Shown one piece after another: positions 50,024-58,987 of a DNA stretch of 64,000 bases (its first letter is position 1; every line of letters begins with the position of its first letter). This stretch comes from an uncultured Bdellovibrionales bacterium (GTDB lineage: Bacteria > Patescibacteriota > Minisyncoccia > Moranbacterales > UBA1568): contig CAZCNN010000001.1 in the NCBI GenBank assembly GCA_964500505.1, positions 205,056-269,055 on the forward strand, written 5' to 3'. Both the position numbers and the translations under genes were made by a program. The notes beneath the pieces were generated by a model. That model saw only the letters and a list, made by a program, of their open reading frames with translations. It ran no database searches and was not told the DNA's origin.

Positions 50024-50386
50024 TTATTGAAACTGCCCGTTTTGTTTTTCACGAATCTTTGGAATTTTGTGATCGAGGGCCTGCATAATATCGACGTTTA
50101 GTGCCTTGGCCAACATGAAAGTACAGATAACGACATCAGCAAACTCATCCTGCAAATCAGTCGGTGCATGATCCTTCATCTTGTCCTTACGCTGTCCGCC
50201 TATTGATGCCAAGACTTCATCACACAGTTCGCCATACTCTTCTCCTAGTTTAATGATCCGCGCAAACATGTGCTCCCGCTCACTGAAATCATCCTCCCGA
50301 AGCGCTCGAAACATCGCATCCTGCTCGTCGATAAATTTTTGGAGTTCTTCTATGGTCATACGCCCAACAGTTACTCTTTTGCTCAT
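50024..50386 (-). CDS. MazG-like nucleoside triphosphate pyrophosphohydrolase (small single-domain form)
   Basis: It has the EExGE-type motif region (LGEEYGELCDEV) and DEFADVVICTFMLA, typical of MazG-like all-alpha NTP-PPases. Confidence 0.7.
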   Translation of the reverse strand: MSKRVTVGRMTIEELQKFIDEQDAMFRALREDDFSEREHMFARIIKLGEEYGELCDEVLASIGGQRKDKMKDHAPTDLQDEFADVVICTFMLAKALNVDIMQALDHKIPKIREKQNGQFQ

Positions 50387-50413
50387 TATACCACCCCTCT
50401 TTCTTCTCTCACG

Positions 50414-50453
50414 AATAACTCATCTATCCACGACCGTTAAGAGATGAGTTACT
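50414..50453. repeat. Copy 1 of a ~40-bp palindromic repeat (AATAACTCATCTAT-N-AGATGAGTTACT) in the mazG 5' leader
   Basis: aataactcatctatccacgaccgttaagagatgagttact contains a 9-bp inverted repeat aactcatct/agatgagtt with a 16-nt spacer. It is ~90% identical to copy 2. Confidence 0.6.
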
Positions 50454-50474
50454 ACAAAAAACAGAAAATCTTAT

Positions 50475-51065
50475 CTACTCCAACTGAAATGTCTTCCGTA
50501 ACCGCATATCATTCTCGATATCGCTTGCAACGATATACACCAACTCTTTACCTGCTTTATACCGAGTTTTCAAAAGCGAGATGACCTCCTCACATTCGTA
50601 CGGATATACCCAAACACTATCTTGGAGTTTCTCAAAACCAAACACCTTCATATCTATTCTGATACGATCACGTGCAGATCGCCTCTTTTCAGCAATATCA
50701 AAAATAACAATTCTCCACTTCTTATCCCATCGTCCACTCTTGATTCGCTTCTCCCGTAATTGGTACTTCAGTAATTCTTGTTGACCCTTATCCGTAAGAT
50801 ACGCCCGTGTCTCACCATTTTTGACAACAATTCGTACCATCCCACGTCGCTCCAAACTCTTCATTGTTCTCCGTATATATGACGGGATTTGATATCGAGG
50901 CGCCACCAAACGTTCGTATCCACGAAATATCCTTACTACTTGAAAAACTCCTGGCGCCATCATGCCGACCCCTATTACTCCTGCCACTCCAAGAGCACCA
51001 AGAATTATTCTCGCTACCAATCCATATGAATCAGTTTCTCTTGTTTGTTTTTCTACCCGTTTCAT
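50475..51065 (-). CDS. PaaX-like transcriptional regulator (winged helix plus PaaX-C-like domain) with an N-terminal transmembrane segment
   Basis: The wHTH is YIRRTMKSLERRGMVRIVVKNGETRAYLTDKGQQEL. The C-terminal block KWRIVIFDIAEKRRSARDRIRIDMKVFGFEKLQDSVWVYP resembles the PaaX C-terminal domain. The N-terminal hydrophobic helix is LVARIILGALGVAGVIGVGMMAPGVF. Confidence 0.55.
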   Translation of the reverse strand: MKRVEKQTRETDSYGLVARIILGALGVAGVIGVGMMAPGVFQVVRIFRGYERLVAPRYQIPSYIRRTMKSLERRGMVRIVVKNGETRAYLTDKGQQELLKYQLREKRIKSGRWDKKWRIVIFDIAEKRRSARDRIRIDMKVFGFEKLQDSVWVYPYECEEVISLLKTRYKAGKELVYIVASDIENDMRLRKTFQLE

Positions 51066-51074
51066 AACTTTTCT

Positions 51075-51114
51075 AATAACTCATCTATACACGACCGTGA
51101 AGAAATGAGTTATT
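51075..51114. repeat. Copy 2 of the ~40-bp palindromic repeat, 10 nt upstream of the PaaX-like gene start
   Basis: aataactcatctatacacgaccgtgaagaaatgagttatt is the same palindrome and spacer length as copy 1. Confidence 0.6.
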
Positions 51115-51153
51115 CGCATATGAAGAGAAAGCGTGTTACTTGATATCAGTAGC

Positions 51154-51804
51154 TCAATACTGGGAAAAGTCTTGAGTTGAGCCTTCGGTCATGTCGACAT
51201 ATTTGATGCCAAGTGGCTCGAGGATCATGGTCGGGATGCGGCGGGTGGGTCCGAGTTCTATCCCCTGGCGAAGCATTCCGTCGTGAACCGGGAACACCAC
51301 TTTTGGCTTGATGAGTTTGGCGTACTCAATCGCCTCTGAAAGCTTCATCCATGGCCCCGCCACTGGCAGAGCGAGGATGGTCACTGCCTTCTCTGGATTG
51401 TGAAATGAGTCACCCGGATAAAAGAGTGTTCTATCGATAAAAAATCCGGTATTCTGCACTACTGGTAAATCATGATGGATACAGGCGTGCTCACTCCCAC
51501 TACTCTCGACACTCACACCCCGTACCTCTACCGTCTCTCCGTCCGCGATGGACGTATAGGTGATACCTGCTCCATCCAATATTTTCCCTACTCCGATATG
51601 TGTAATAACCTGCGCCTCCGGATTCTTGGCAAGAATAATTTGGAGTGCCTCGACATGGAGGTGATCCGGATGCTCATGTGTTATGAGTATCGCATCAATC
51701 CCCTCTACCATCGGGGTCTCATTATAGTTCCCTGGGTCAGTGAGTATCCACACTCCCTTTACTTCGATGAGCAGACAACAATGGCCAAATTTGGTGATGA
51801 TCAT
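51154..51804 (-). CDS. MBL-fold metallo-hydrolase
   Basis: It has the HxHxDH motif (ILITHEHPDHL) plus downstream His/Asp ligands (HDG, SGSEHA). Confidence 0.8.
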   Translation of the reverse strand: MIITKFGHCCLLIEVKGVWILTDPGNYNETPMVEGIDAILITHEHPDHLHVEALQIILAKNPEAQVITHIGVGKILDGAGITYTSIADGETVEVRGVSVESSGSEHACIHHDLPVVQNTGFFIDRTLFYPGDSFHNPEKAVTILALPVAGPWMKLSEAIEYAKLIKPKVVFPVHDGMLRQGIELGPTRRIPTMILEPLGIKYVDMTEGSTQDFSQY

Positions 51805-51811
51805 ACTAGCC

Positions 51812-52546
51812 TTAATTAGTCCTTCTTATTTTTTCAAGAACCATCCCTAAAATAATAAAAAACAATCCCCCTATAAGCCATTTAATTTTGGAAAGAACCC
51901 AGATGTACCTTGCATAAGAACGCGTCTCCTTTTCTGTAATAACAAAAACAATTTTTGGGAAAAAGTAATCAAATATTTCATTTATCCAAGTAAGCGCGAT
52001 AACAAATACAAGTATATATAAGAAGTCTATTAAAAATGTTTCAGAAATACTACTAAGATAATACCAGTACCCCAGGTAAGCAGCTAAACAGATTTTCAGG
52101 AACAACAAAAAAGAAGATTTTACTTGAGATGGGACAATATCATCATCAAAAATAAAGGCATACCAGAAACGATCTCCCATCAAGGCCTTTTCAAAACGAT
52201 TTATAAAACCATCATCCACATCATCGTGGCAATCACGATATGAATAATTTACATTCCAAAATAGATGTTTTTCAAATCTTAAGTACAGATCCTCCGTGAA
52301 TAAATCTGTTTGATTGTTTTTGTAAGCGTAGACTGTTATATTCTTGATTTTCTCATCCCCTATTTTATCAAAAAGTTCAAACAACTCATCATATGTCATC
52401 TTATAAGCAGACCTACTATTGGTCTCTATGCTATAAAGAAGCCTAGAAAAATTTCCTCGTAAAAAATCGTCAATTTTTTGAAGATATTTCGTATCAATCA
52501 TTCTAGACCTTACAAGAAATTGATTGTAGGTAGTCGTGGTACTCAT
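51812..52546 (-). CDS. Hypothetical membrane protein, strongly AT-rich relative to its neighbours
   Basis: It has a 140-aa N-terminal soluble Tyr/Asp/Phe/Asn-rich domain and 3-4 C-terminal TM helices. Local GC is visibly about 33% against about 55% in the flanks. It is packed 7-8 nt from both neighbours. Confidence 0.5.
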   Translation of the reverse strand: MSTTTTYNQFLVRSRMIDTKYLQKIDDFLRGNFSRLLYSIETNSRSAYKMTYDELFELFDKIGDEKIKNITVYAYKNNQTDLFTEDLYLRFEKHLFWNVNYSYRDCHDDVDDGFINRFEKALMGDRFWYAFIFDDDIVPSQVKSSFLLFLKICLAAYLGYWYYLSSISETFLIDFLYILVFVIALTWINEIFDYFFPKIVFVITEKETRSYARYIWVLSKIKWLIGGLFFIILGMVLEKIRRTN

Positions 52547-52552
52547 ATATAC

Positions 52553-53554
52553 TTACCGTTTTTCGTACTGTTCAGTATAGTACTTTTGATACTCGCCACT
52601 CTTCACGTTTTTCCACCAGGTCTCGTTCTCTTTGAACCAAGCGACGGTTTGGGCGAGACCCTCTTCGAGGGTCACCGTCGGTTCCCAACCAAGCTCGGTT
52701 TTAATCTTGGTGAAGTTGATCGCGTAGCGTCGGTCGTGACCAGCGCGGTCCTTTACGTATTCGATAGACGACTCATCCTTGCCCAAAAGTTCAAGGAGCT
52801 TCTTCACAATGACAATATTCTCGGTCTCGGCATTACCGCCAATACAATAGGTCTCGCCAATTTTCCCCCGGTGAATGATCATGTCGATAGCACGACAATG
52901 GTCCTCGACGTAGAGCCAGTCACGCACCTGGAGACCATCACCATAGACCGGCACGGACTTGCCCTCAAGAAGATTGGTGATAGCGAGTGGGATGAGCTTC
53001 TCCGGAAAGTGATACGGACCGTAGTTATTGGAGCAGTTGGAGATAGTCACCGGAAGGCCATAGGTATGGTAGTACGCGCGGACCAGGTGGTCAGAGGCAG
53101 CCTTGGAGGCGCTATAGGGACTACGGGGATCATACGGGGTCGACTCATCAAAGGGGGCGTCGTCCATGCCCAATGATCCAAACACCTCATCGGTTGAGAC
53201 ATGATGAAAGCGTTTGCCATGTTTCTTGGCGGCTTCGAGGAGGACATAGGTCCCATGGACATTGGTCACGACGAAAGCCCCGGGATCCATGATCGAGCGG
53301 TCAACATGTGACTCAGCGGCAAAGTGGACGACGATGTCACACTCGGCTACGAGCCCATCGACGAGTGTGGCGTCCGTGATACTCCCTTTCACAAAGCGGT
53401 GCTGTGGATTCTCCTCGGCACTCTTCAAATTCTCCAGGTTCCCAGCATAGGTCAGGTCATCGAGCGTCACCACCTCGTACTCAGGATACTTTCCGAGGAT
53501 AAAGTGAACAAAATTACTGCCAATAAATCCAGCTCCTCCTGTGACCAATAGCTT
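52553..53554 (-). CDS. rfbB: dTDP-glucose 4,6-dehydratase (RmlB); start taken at the internal MKLLVTGG
   Basis: It has the Rossmann motif TGGAGFIGSNFV, the catalytic YSASKAASDHLV and the extended SDR fold. The track ORF carries a 26-aa 5' extension. Confidence 0.88.
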   Translation of the reverse strand, partial: KLLVTGGAGFIGSNFVHFILGKYPEYEVVTLDDLTYAGNLENLKSAEENPQHRFVKGSITDATLVDGLVAECDIVVHFAAESHVDRSIMDPGAFVVTNVHGTYVLLEAAKKHGKRFHHVSTDEVFGSLGMDDAPFDESTPYDPRSPYSASKAASDHLVRAYYHTYGLPVTISNCSNNYGPYHFPEKLIPLAITNLLEGKSVPVYGDGLQVRDWLYVEDHCRAIDMIIHRGKIGETYCIGGNAETENIVIVKKLLELLGKDESSIEYVKDRAGHDRRYAINFTKIKTELGWEPTVTLEEGLAQTVAWFKENETWWKNVKSGEYQKYYTEQYEKR

Positions 53555-53561
53555 CATAGTT

Positions 53562-54125
53562 CTAGCTGTTAAAAACAAATTCTTTTGGAATATCTGCAAA
53601 CAATGGATGCTGCTCATCTTTCTCAGAAACAATGGGTGTCACCTCTCCCCACTCGATTCCAAGCGCTGGGTCATTCCAGACGATACCTCGTTCATGCTCT
53701 CGCGAATACGTGTTGGTACACTTGTAGGTAAAGATGGTGTCGTCTTCAAGTGCAATGAATCCATGCGCAAAGCCTCGTGGTATCCACAACTGACGATGAT
53801 TCTCCACTGAGAGCTCAACGGCCACGTGCTGTCCATACGTAGGCGACCCCGCACGGATATCGACAGCCACATCGAGCACCCGACCCCGAGTGACCATGAC
53901 GAGCTTGCCCTGGGCCATGGGTGGCGCCTGATAGTGGAGCCCCCGGACTACCCCCTTCTTGGAAACAGAGAGGTTGTCCTGGACAAAGTGCTCATCGGGC
54001 GCAAGCCCGAGCATCTCCCGGTAGCGCGCTTCTGAAAATGTCTCCATAAACATCCCCCGTTCATCCGTGTAGACATCCGGCGTCACAATCATCACCCCTT
54101 CCAAATTGGTCTTTTCGATGTTCAT
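53562..54125 (-). CDS. rfbC: dTDP-4-dehydrorhamnose 3,5-epimerase (RmlC)
   Basis: It has the cupin-fold RmlC motifs DERGMFMETF and RGLHYQ. It is 187 aa and lies 7 nt upstream of rmlB. Confidence 0.88.
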   Translation of the reverse strand: MNIEKTNLEGVMIVTPDVYTDERGMFMETFSEARYREMLGLAPDEHFVQDNLSVSKKGVVRGLHYQAPPMAQGKLVMVTRGRVLDVAVDIRAGSPTYGQHVAVELSVENHRQLWIPRGFAHGFIALEDDTIFTYKCTNTYSREHERGIVWNDPALGIEWGEVTPIVSEKDEQHPLFADIPKEFVFNS

Positions 54126-54235
54126 ACTACGAATAGTTATTTCAGATGCCAGGTGAATTTTTTTCGATGTCTATACTTTACTCCATTATGTAACCATTCA
54201 GGTGAGACTTTTTATCATTGTTTCGGACTCATCAA

Positions 54236-54302
54236 CTCTCTCGGTTACCGAAAAAATAGCCTCAATCTACAGCGGGTCATAGCTCTTTTTTCGAACCGAG
54301 AG
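54236..54302. promoter_or_regulatory. Long imperfect inverted repeat in the khpA-rmlC intergenic region
   Basis: ctctcggttaccgaaaaaa...(27 nt)...ttttttcgaaccgagag has ~17-bp arms with one bulge. It lies ~110-175 nt upstream of the rmlC start. Confidence 0.35.
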
Positions 54303-54398
54303 GCTTCTTCAAACAACAAAACAATGAAAAAAATCTACCTGAAGATTACTTCGAGCCACTCTCGTGTACCTGTATTCTAAAATATCCCCAGAATAATA

Positions 54399-54426
54399 GC
54401 AAAAACCGCCCTTGCGGGCGGTTTGG
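54399..54426 (-). terminator. Intrinsic terminator of the KH-domain gene
   Basis: On the minus strand CCGCCC-GCAA-GGGCGG is followed by UUUUUGC. It begins ~7 nt after the stop codon. Confidence 0.55.
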
Positions 54427-54431
54427 AGCGA

Positions 54432-54815
54432 CTAGAGGCGGATGTCATTCATCACGTCATCGAGGGTCTTCTTTTCTTCTACCGGCTTCGGTGCATCAGC
54501 GACCGGAGCAGCAAAAGATTCGCGAGACTCTCTCGGCTCACGTGGCGGACGGAGCGATCCTTCTGGTTCGTTGATCTTGAGATTGACCCGAGCGTTATTT
54601 CTCGCACCGATAACACGGAGGAGGGTTCGGAGCGCCTTGGCGGTCATCCCCTCACGGCCAATCACCATCCCCATATCCTGCGGGTTCACATCAAGCGTGA
54701 TGAGTACTCCCATTTCGTCTATCTTTCGTTCTACCTTCACATCGTCTGGATTATCAACGAGCATCTTGACGACGTACTCGATAAAATCCCGATCCTTCAT
54801 TGCATTGTCAGTCAT
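54432..54815 (-). CDS. KH-domain RNA-binding protein (KhpA/UPF0109-like) with a Pro/Glu/Arg-rich C-terminal tail
   Basis: FIEYVVKMLVDNPDDVKVERKIDEMGVLITLDVNPQDMGMVIGREGMTAKALRTLL matches the KhpA KH fold, including the GxxG-like loop. Confidence 0.72.
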   Translation of the reverse strand: MTDNAMKDRDFIEYVVKMLVDNPDDVKVERKIDEMGVLITLDVNPQDMGMVIGREGMTAKALRTLLRVIGARNNARVNLKINEPEGSLRPPREPRESRESFAAPVADAPKPVEEKKTLDDVMNDIRL

Positions 54816-54883
54816 AAGACTATAGCCACACGGATTAATTATGTTTTAAGAGAGACCAAAGAGAGGTCCTCTTCATGTCTATA

Positions 54884-55825
54884 CTACTCTTTTTTACCTG
54901 TTTCCGCAACCACGGCTCGGAGTATTTCCCGCCGTGATCGCTGAAAGAAATAGCCGATGATAGCAAACGTCAGGGCGGGCGCCAGCCACTCCGGCACATG
55001 GACTCCAAACCCCTCGGCAATCATCACCAGTCCGAGACAGAGGACCGAGTACATGGCGCCATTCTTGAGGTAGATATACTTCTTGACCCGCTCGACGTTG
55101 GCGATGGTGAGCTCCCGGACGATGATGGCTCCGATACCACTCCCGATCAAGATAAGAGGCACCGAGAGGGTAAAGGCGAAGGCACCGAGTACCCCATCAA
55201 TCGAAAAGGTTGTATCGATGACTTCAAGATAGAGAATCTTGCTTACGTCCGACATACCACTCCCCATGAGCTTGCGCTCGGTCTCTTCGGCATGCTGTCG
55301 AAATCCGTGGGTGATAAAAAACGCGGTCGATCCCACCACTGCCCCAAAAGCGAGCATCGGACTCTCCTTGAGGGCATACCACACAATGGTGGCGAGGAGA
55401 ATCGAGACCAAGGCAAAGAACCAGACCCCCTGTTCCATAAAGAAACATTCGGCTCGCAAACCATAGTGCTTGGCCTCAAGAAACAACCAGTGAAGAAAAA
55501 GAAAGAGGAGGAACACCCCGCCACCCATAAGGAGCACCGGCGCCGATGACTGGAGTGCACTGGCAACCGCTGGATCATTGGAGAATGTCGCTGTGAGTGA
55601 CCCCCAGAGCCCAAGACTCGGAATCGTCACAAAGACGATGAGCCATGGCAGTATCCCACGCACCACAAACACCGCGAGGAACATCCCCCACGTCATAAAA
55701 AATCGGCGCGCCTTCTGGCCCATGGTCGAGAGCACCTCGGCATTGATGACCGCATTGTCGATGCTCGAGACGGTCTCAAAAAGCACCAGTCCGAGGACTA
55801 TGAGTACAGCAGAAAAAAATTCCAT
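54884..55825 (-). CDS. Polytopic integral membrane protein, TerC/DUF475-like (tentative)
   Basis: It has about 8 TM helices. The SIDNAVINA motif resembles the TerC-family SxDNxxVIA signature. Confidence 0.45.
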   Translation of the reverse strand: MEFFSAVLIVLGLVLFETVSSIDNAVINAEVLSTMGQKARRFFMTWGMFLAVFVVRGILPWLIVFVTIPSLGLWGSLTATFSNDPAVASALQSSAPVLLMGGGVFLLFLFLHWLFLEAKHYGLRAECFFMEQGVWFFALVSILLATIVWYALKESPMLAFGAVVGSTAFFITHGFRQHAEETERKLMGSGMSDVSKILYLEVIDTTFSIDGVLGAFAFTLSVPLILIGSGIGAIIVRELTIANVERVKKYIYLKNGAMYSVLCLGLVMIAEGFGVHVPEWLAPALTFAIIGYFFQRSRREILRAVVAETGKKE

Positions 55826-55843
55826 GAATCAGGTAACAGCAAG

Positions 55844-57157
55844 TTATACGGTCCATTCAGCCGGCGCCACAAAAGGTTTCTTGCGCCAGGCGTCGGACTG
55901 ACGACAGAGGTACGTGCTAGCCGTGCGCGGATCGACGAGGAGCTGTTCGGTGACAAGCTCCATGCGTAATCCCTGTGAACCCTTGATGAGAACCAGATCC
56001 TCCGAGCGCACCGTGTTCATCGCAGCCTCTACAGCCGACATCGGATCAGGCATCCAGAGTACCTGCTTCCGCGAAAAGCCATCGGCGAGCAACTGCTCAT
56101 GGAGGGCGCGCATGTGTTCGCCGACGGTGATAACCATATGGACGCCTGATTCACGGAGTGGTTGAGAGAGTGCTGCGTGCTCCGCATCGGATTCTGGCCC
56201 GAGCTCGAGCATGTCACCAAGAATGGCCACCTTCCGGGGTGCCATGAGCTCTGTCATCACTTGGAGTGCGGCTCGGGTCGAAGTGGGTGATGCATTGTAG
56301 GTATCATCGAGGAGATAGGTATTGTCTCTTCCTGGGAGCAGACGGAGTCGACCAGGGAGCGGTTCAAACTGCTCGAGCGCTTCGATCAAATCAAACGGGT
56401 TCATCTTGAGAGCGACACCGACAGCGAGAGCCGCGAGGGCAGCTGGGATATGGTGCTTGGCGACCACTTTGGGTAGACGAATCGGAACGGTCTTACCATC
56501 AAAGTTGACCTTGAATGACAACCCTTCGGCTCGCTTGGCTTCGCGATGAAAGACAAAGTTGTCGGCATGGATATCTGCCCCTTCCTCGAACCCGTAGGTG
56601 ATAACCTTGGCTTTGGTTTTGTCGCGCATCTTGAGAGTCCTCGGATCATCAGCATTCAAGACCGCAATGCCATCCTCGGGCAAACTGGCAATGATCCGTC
56701 CCTTCTCACGCGCAATGTTCTGGAGTGTCCCAAAGTAAGCGATGTGACTCGACGACACTTGGGTCACGACGCCAATTTTGACCGGAATAAATTCAAGAAG
56801 AAAGGCCATATCCCCTGGTCGATCAATGCCCATCTCGAGCACCAATACCTCCGGGTACTTCGCCGGGAATACCATAAGGAGGAGCCACTTCCAAAACACC
56901 CCAAACCAACGGAAAAGCGAGCTCCCACCGCTCTCCACCCCAATGACCGTGAGCGGGATACCAATTTCATTGTTATAGTTCCCTTCGGCCTTGCGCACAC
57001 GATACGACACGCCCAAGACGAGGGCAATCGCTTCTTTGGTCGAGCTTTTGCCCACTGATCCGGTGATGCCAACCACGAGTGGTTGGTACTTTCGGAGGAC
57101 CGCTCGCGTCATAGACCGCAAGAGCTTTTCGAGAATTTTTCTTTTGTTGGGCATCAT
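55844..57157 (-). CDS. murF: UDP-N-acetylmuramoyl-tripeptide--D-alanyl-D-alanine ligase
   Basis: It has the Mur-ligase P-loop VGITGSVGKSSTKE, a central domain and a C-terminal domain. It is in the dcw cluster downstream of ftsI. Confidence 0.85.
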   Translation of the reverse strand: MMPNKRKILEKLLRSMTRAVLRKYQPLVVGITGSVGKSSTKEAIALVLGVSYRVRKAEGNYNNEIGIPLTVIGVESGGSSLFRWFGVFWKWLLLMVFPAKYPEVLVLEMGIDRPGDMAFLLEFIPVKIGVVTQVSSSHIAYFGTLQNIAREKGRIIASLPEDGIAVLNADDPRTLKMRDKTKAKVITYGFEEGADIHADNFVFHREAKRAEGLSFKVNFDGKTVPIRLPKVVAKHHIPAALAALAVGVALKMNPFDLIEALEQFEPLPGRLRLLPGRDNTYLLDDTYNASPTSTRAALQVMTELMAPRKVAILGDMLELGPESDAEHAALSQPLRESGVHMVITVGEHMRALHEQLLADGFSRKQVLWMPDPMSAVEAAMNTVRSEDLVLIKGSQGLRMELVTEQLLVDPRTASTYLCRQSDAWRKKPFVAPAEWTV

Positions 57158-57169
57158 ATACTCATTTTA

Positions 57170-58945
57170 TCATTTTTTGGTCGTTTCTTCTGTCGGCTTA
57201 ATCTTGGCGTACTCTAGCAGAAATTTCATGATTTCACCAAACGTCGGAGCAGCACTCGATTCGGCCCATTCGACGTTCTTGGGATTATCGAGTTTCACGA
57301 GGACGACGAACTGCGGATCATTGAGTGGTGCATAGCCAACAAACGATCCGATACTCATACTCTCCTCGTAGCCCTTTTCTCCCGTTTTGGCGACTTGGGC
57401 CGTACCCGTCTTGCCACCGACCAGGTACCCCGGGACATCGGCGCGCTTGCCATGACCATTCACGACGACGCTCCGGAGCATCTGCCCCATGAGTCGACTC
57501 GTTTCTTCACTCACTACTCGACGGACTTCCTTCGGTTCGGTGACGGTTTCTGTCCCGTCAGCGTGGATGACCTTGTCGACGATAACTGGTTCTAGGAGTC
57601 GCCCGCCATTGGCCAGTGCCGCATAGGCGGTCGCCATCTGAATGGGAGTCGCCGTAATCCCCTGGCCAAATGAGGCCGTGAAGAAATTGATGGTGGCTCG
57701 TTCGTTCCGGAGGTTCTTCAAATTGCCTGGCAACTCTGCTGGGAGCGCTATATTCGTCCGTTCACCAAATCCGAACCGATGGAGGTATTCACCAAAGAGA
57801 CGATTGCCGACCAGTTTCTCGACGTAGATGACACCGGTATTGATAGACTCATCGAGCACCTTGTACATATTGCTCCGGCCGTACACTTTGTCTTCAGCGT
57901 TGCGGATGGTGTACCCAGCCTCCACTACAGCTCCCGGATCGACATATTCTGTCGTCGGTGACACCTGGCCTTCCTCGATGCCGATAGCCATGGTGAGAGG
58001 TTTCATAATAGAGCCCGGCTCATACGCCGTACTCACCGCCTGATTAAGAAAGAGCGAGTAGTCTTCGACCTTTGAATAGTTGTTGGGATCGAACTGAGGC
58101 ACCGATGCCATGGAGAGAATCTTGCCCGTTTTCGGATCCATCACGATAGCCGTCGCCCGATCAGCAGCATACTTGTCGAGCGAATCTTTGAGGAGCTTCT
58201 CCGTCTCGTACTGAATGACTCGGTCAAGGGTAAGGACAAAGCTATCCCCATTCTCGGCATGCATAATATCGCGGTCCGAGAGCGGGATCCAGCGACCACT
58301 CGCATCCTTTTCTTGGTTGAGTGTCCCCGTCTCTCCTCGGAGATCCTTGTCAAATGACGCCTCCACCCCGTAGCCACCCGCACCACCCTTTTCTCCCAAA
58401 CTGGCAAAGCCTACCACTTGAGCGGCGAGTTCGCCAGCAGGATAGTAGCGATACTTTTCTGGGAGGAGCGCTACGCCTTTGTGCTTCAATTCACGGACAC
58501 GGGTAGCCTCTTCATCGGTCAAACGCTTCTTCACTACTTCGTAGGGATCATTGGGTCGGTCCAGCTTATCGCGAATCTCACCCGCATCCATGCCGAGGAT
58601 CCGCGAGAGCTCGACTGCGACGGTGTCTTTTTCCTCGACATCCTTGGGGACGACATAGACGGTTTCATACTCTCGATTGACGGCGAGGGGGTAGCGATCA
58701 GCATCACCATCATGCATATAGATCTCCCCGCGATCGGCTGAGAGCTCGAGTGACGCATTGTGCTGACCCTCAGCGAGCGCCACCCACTTGTCATGTGAGA
58801 GTACCTGGAGAAAGAACAGTCGAGCCACAACCGTGAAGCCTACCCCCACGATGACCAGCATGAGAAAGTGTACCCGGGCCACACCAGAAAATCCACCCTC
58901 AGAGAGTGGTTTCTTTTTGACCTGAAATTTGGGGCTGTTTCGCAT
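57170..58945 (-). CDS. ftsI: Class B penicillin-binding protein (FtsI/PBP2-type transpeptidase)
   Basis: It has an N-terminal TM anchor, a dimerisation domain, SIMKP (SxxK), an SxN region and KTGTAQ. Confidence 0.85.
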   Translation of the reverse strand: MRNSPKFQVKKKPLSEGGFSGVARVHFLMLVIVGVGFTVVARLFFLQVLSHDKWVALAEGQHNASLELSADRGEIYMHDGDADRYPLAVNREYETVYVVPKDVEEKDTVAVELSRILGMDAGEIRDKLDRPNDPYEVVKKRLTDEEATRVRELKHKGVALLPEKYRYYPAGELAAQVVGFASLGEKGGAGGYGVEASFDKDLRGETGTLNQEKDASGRWIPLSDRDIMHAENGDSFVLTLDRVIQYETEKLLKDSLDKYAADRATAIVMDPKTGKILSMASVPQFDPNNYSKVEDYSLFLNQAVSTAYEPGSIMKPLTMAIGIEEGQVSPTTEYVDPGAVVEAGYTIRNAEDKVYGRSNMYKVLDESINTGVIYVEKLVGNRLFGEYLHRFGFGERTNIALPAELPGNLKNLRNERATINFFTASFGQGITATPIQMATAYAALANGGRLLEPVIVDKVIHADGTETVTEPKEVRRVVSEETSRLMGQMLRSVVVNGHGKRADVPGYLVGGKTGTAQVAKTGEKGYEESMSIGSFVGYAPLNDPQFVVLVKLDNPKNVEWAESSAAPTFGEIMKFLLEYAKIKPTEETTKK

Positions 58946-58987
58946 ATCGTATTTTATTCAGAGCGATTCCTCCCCACTCACGTTTCG

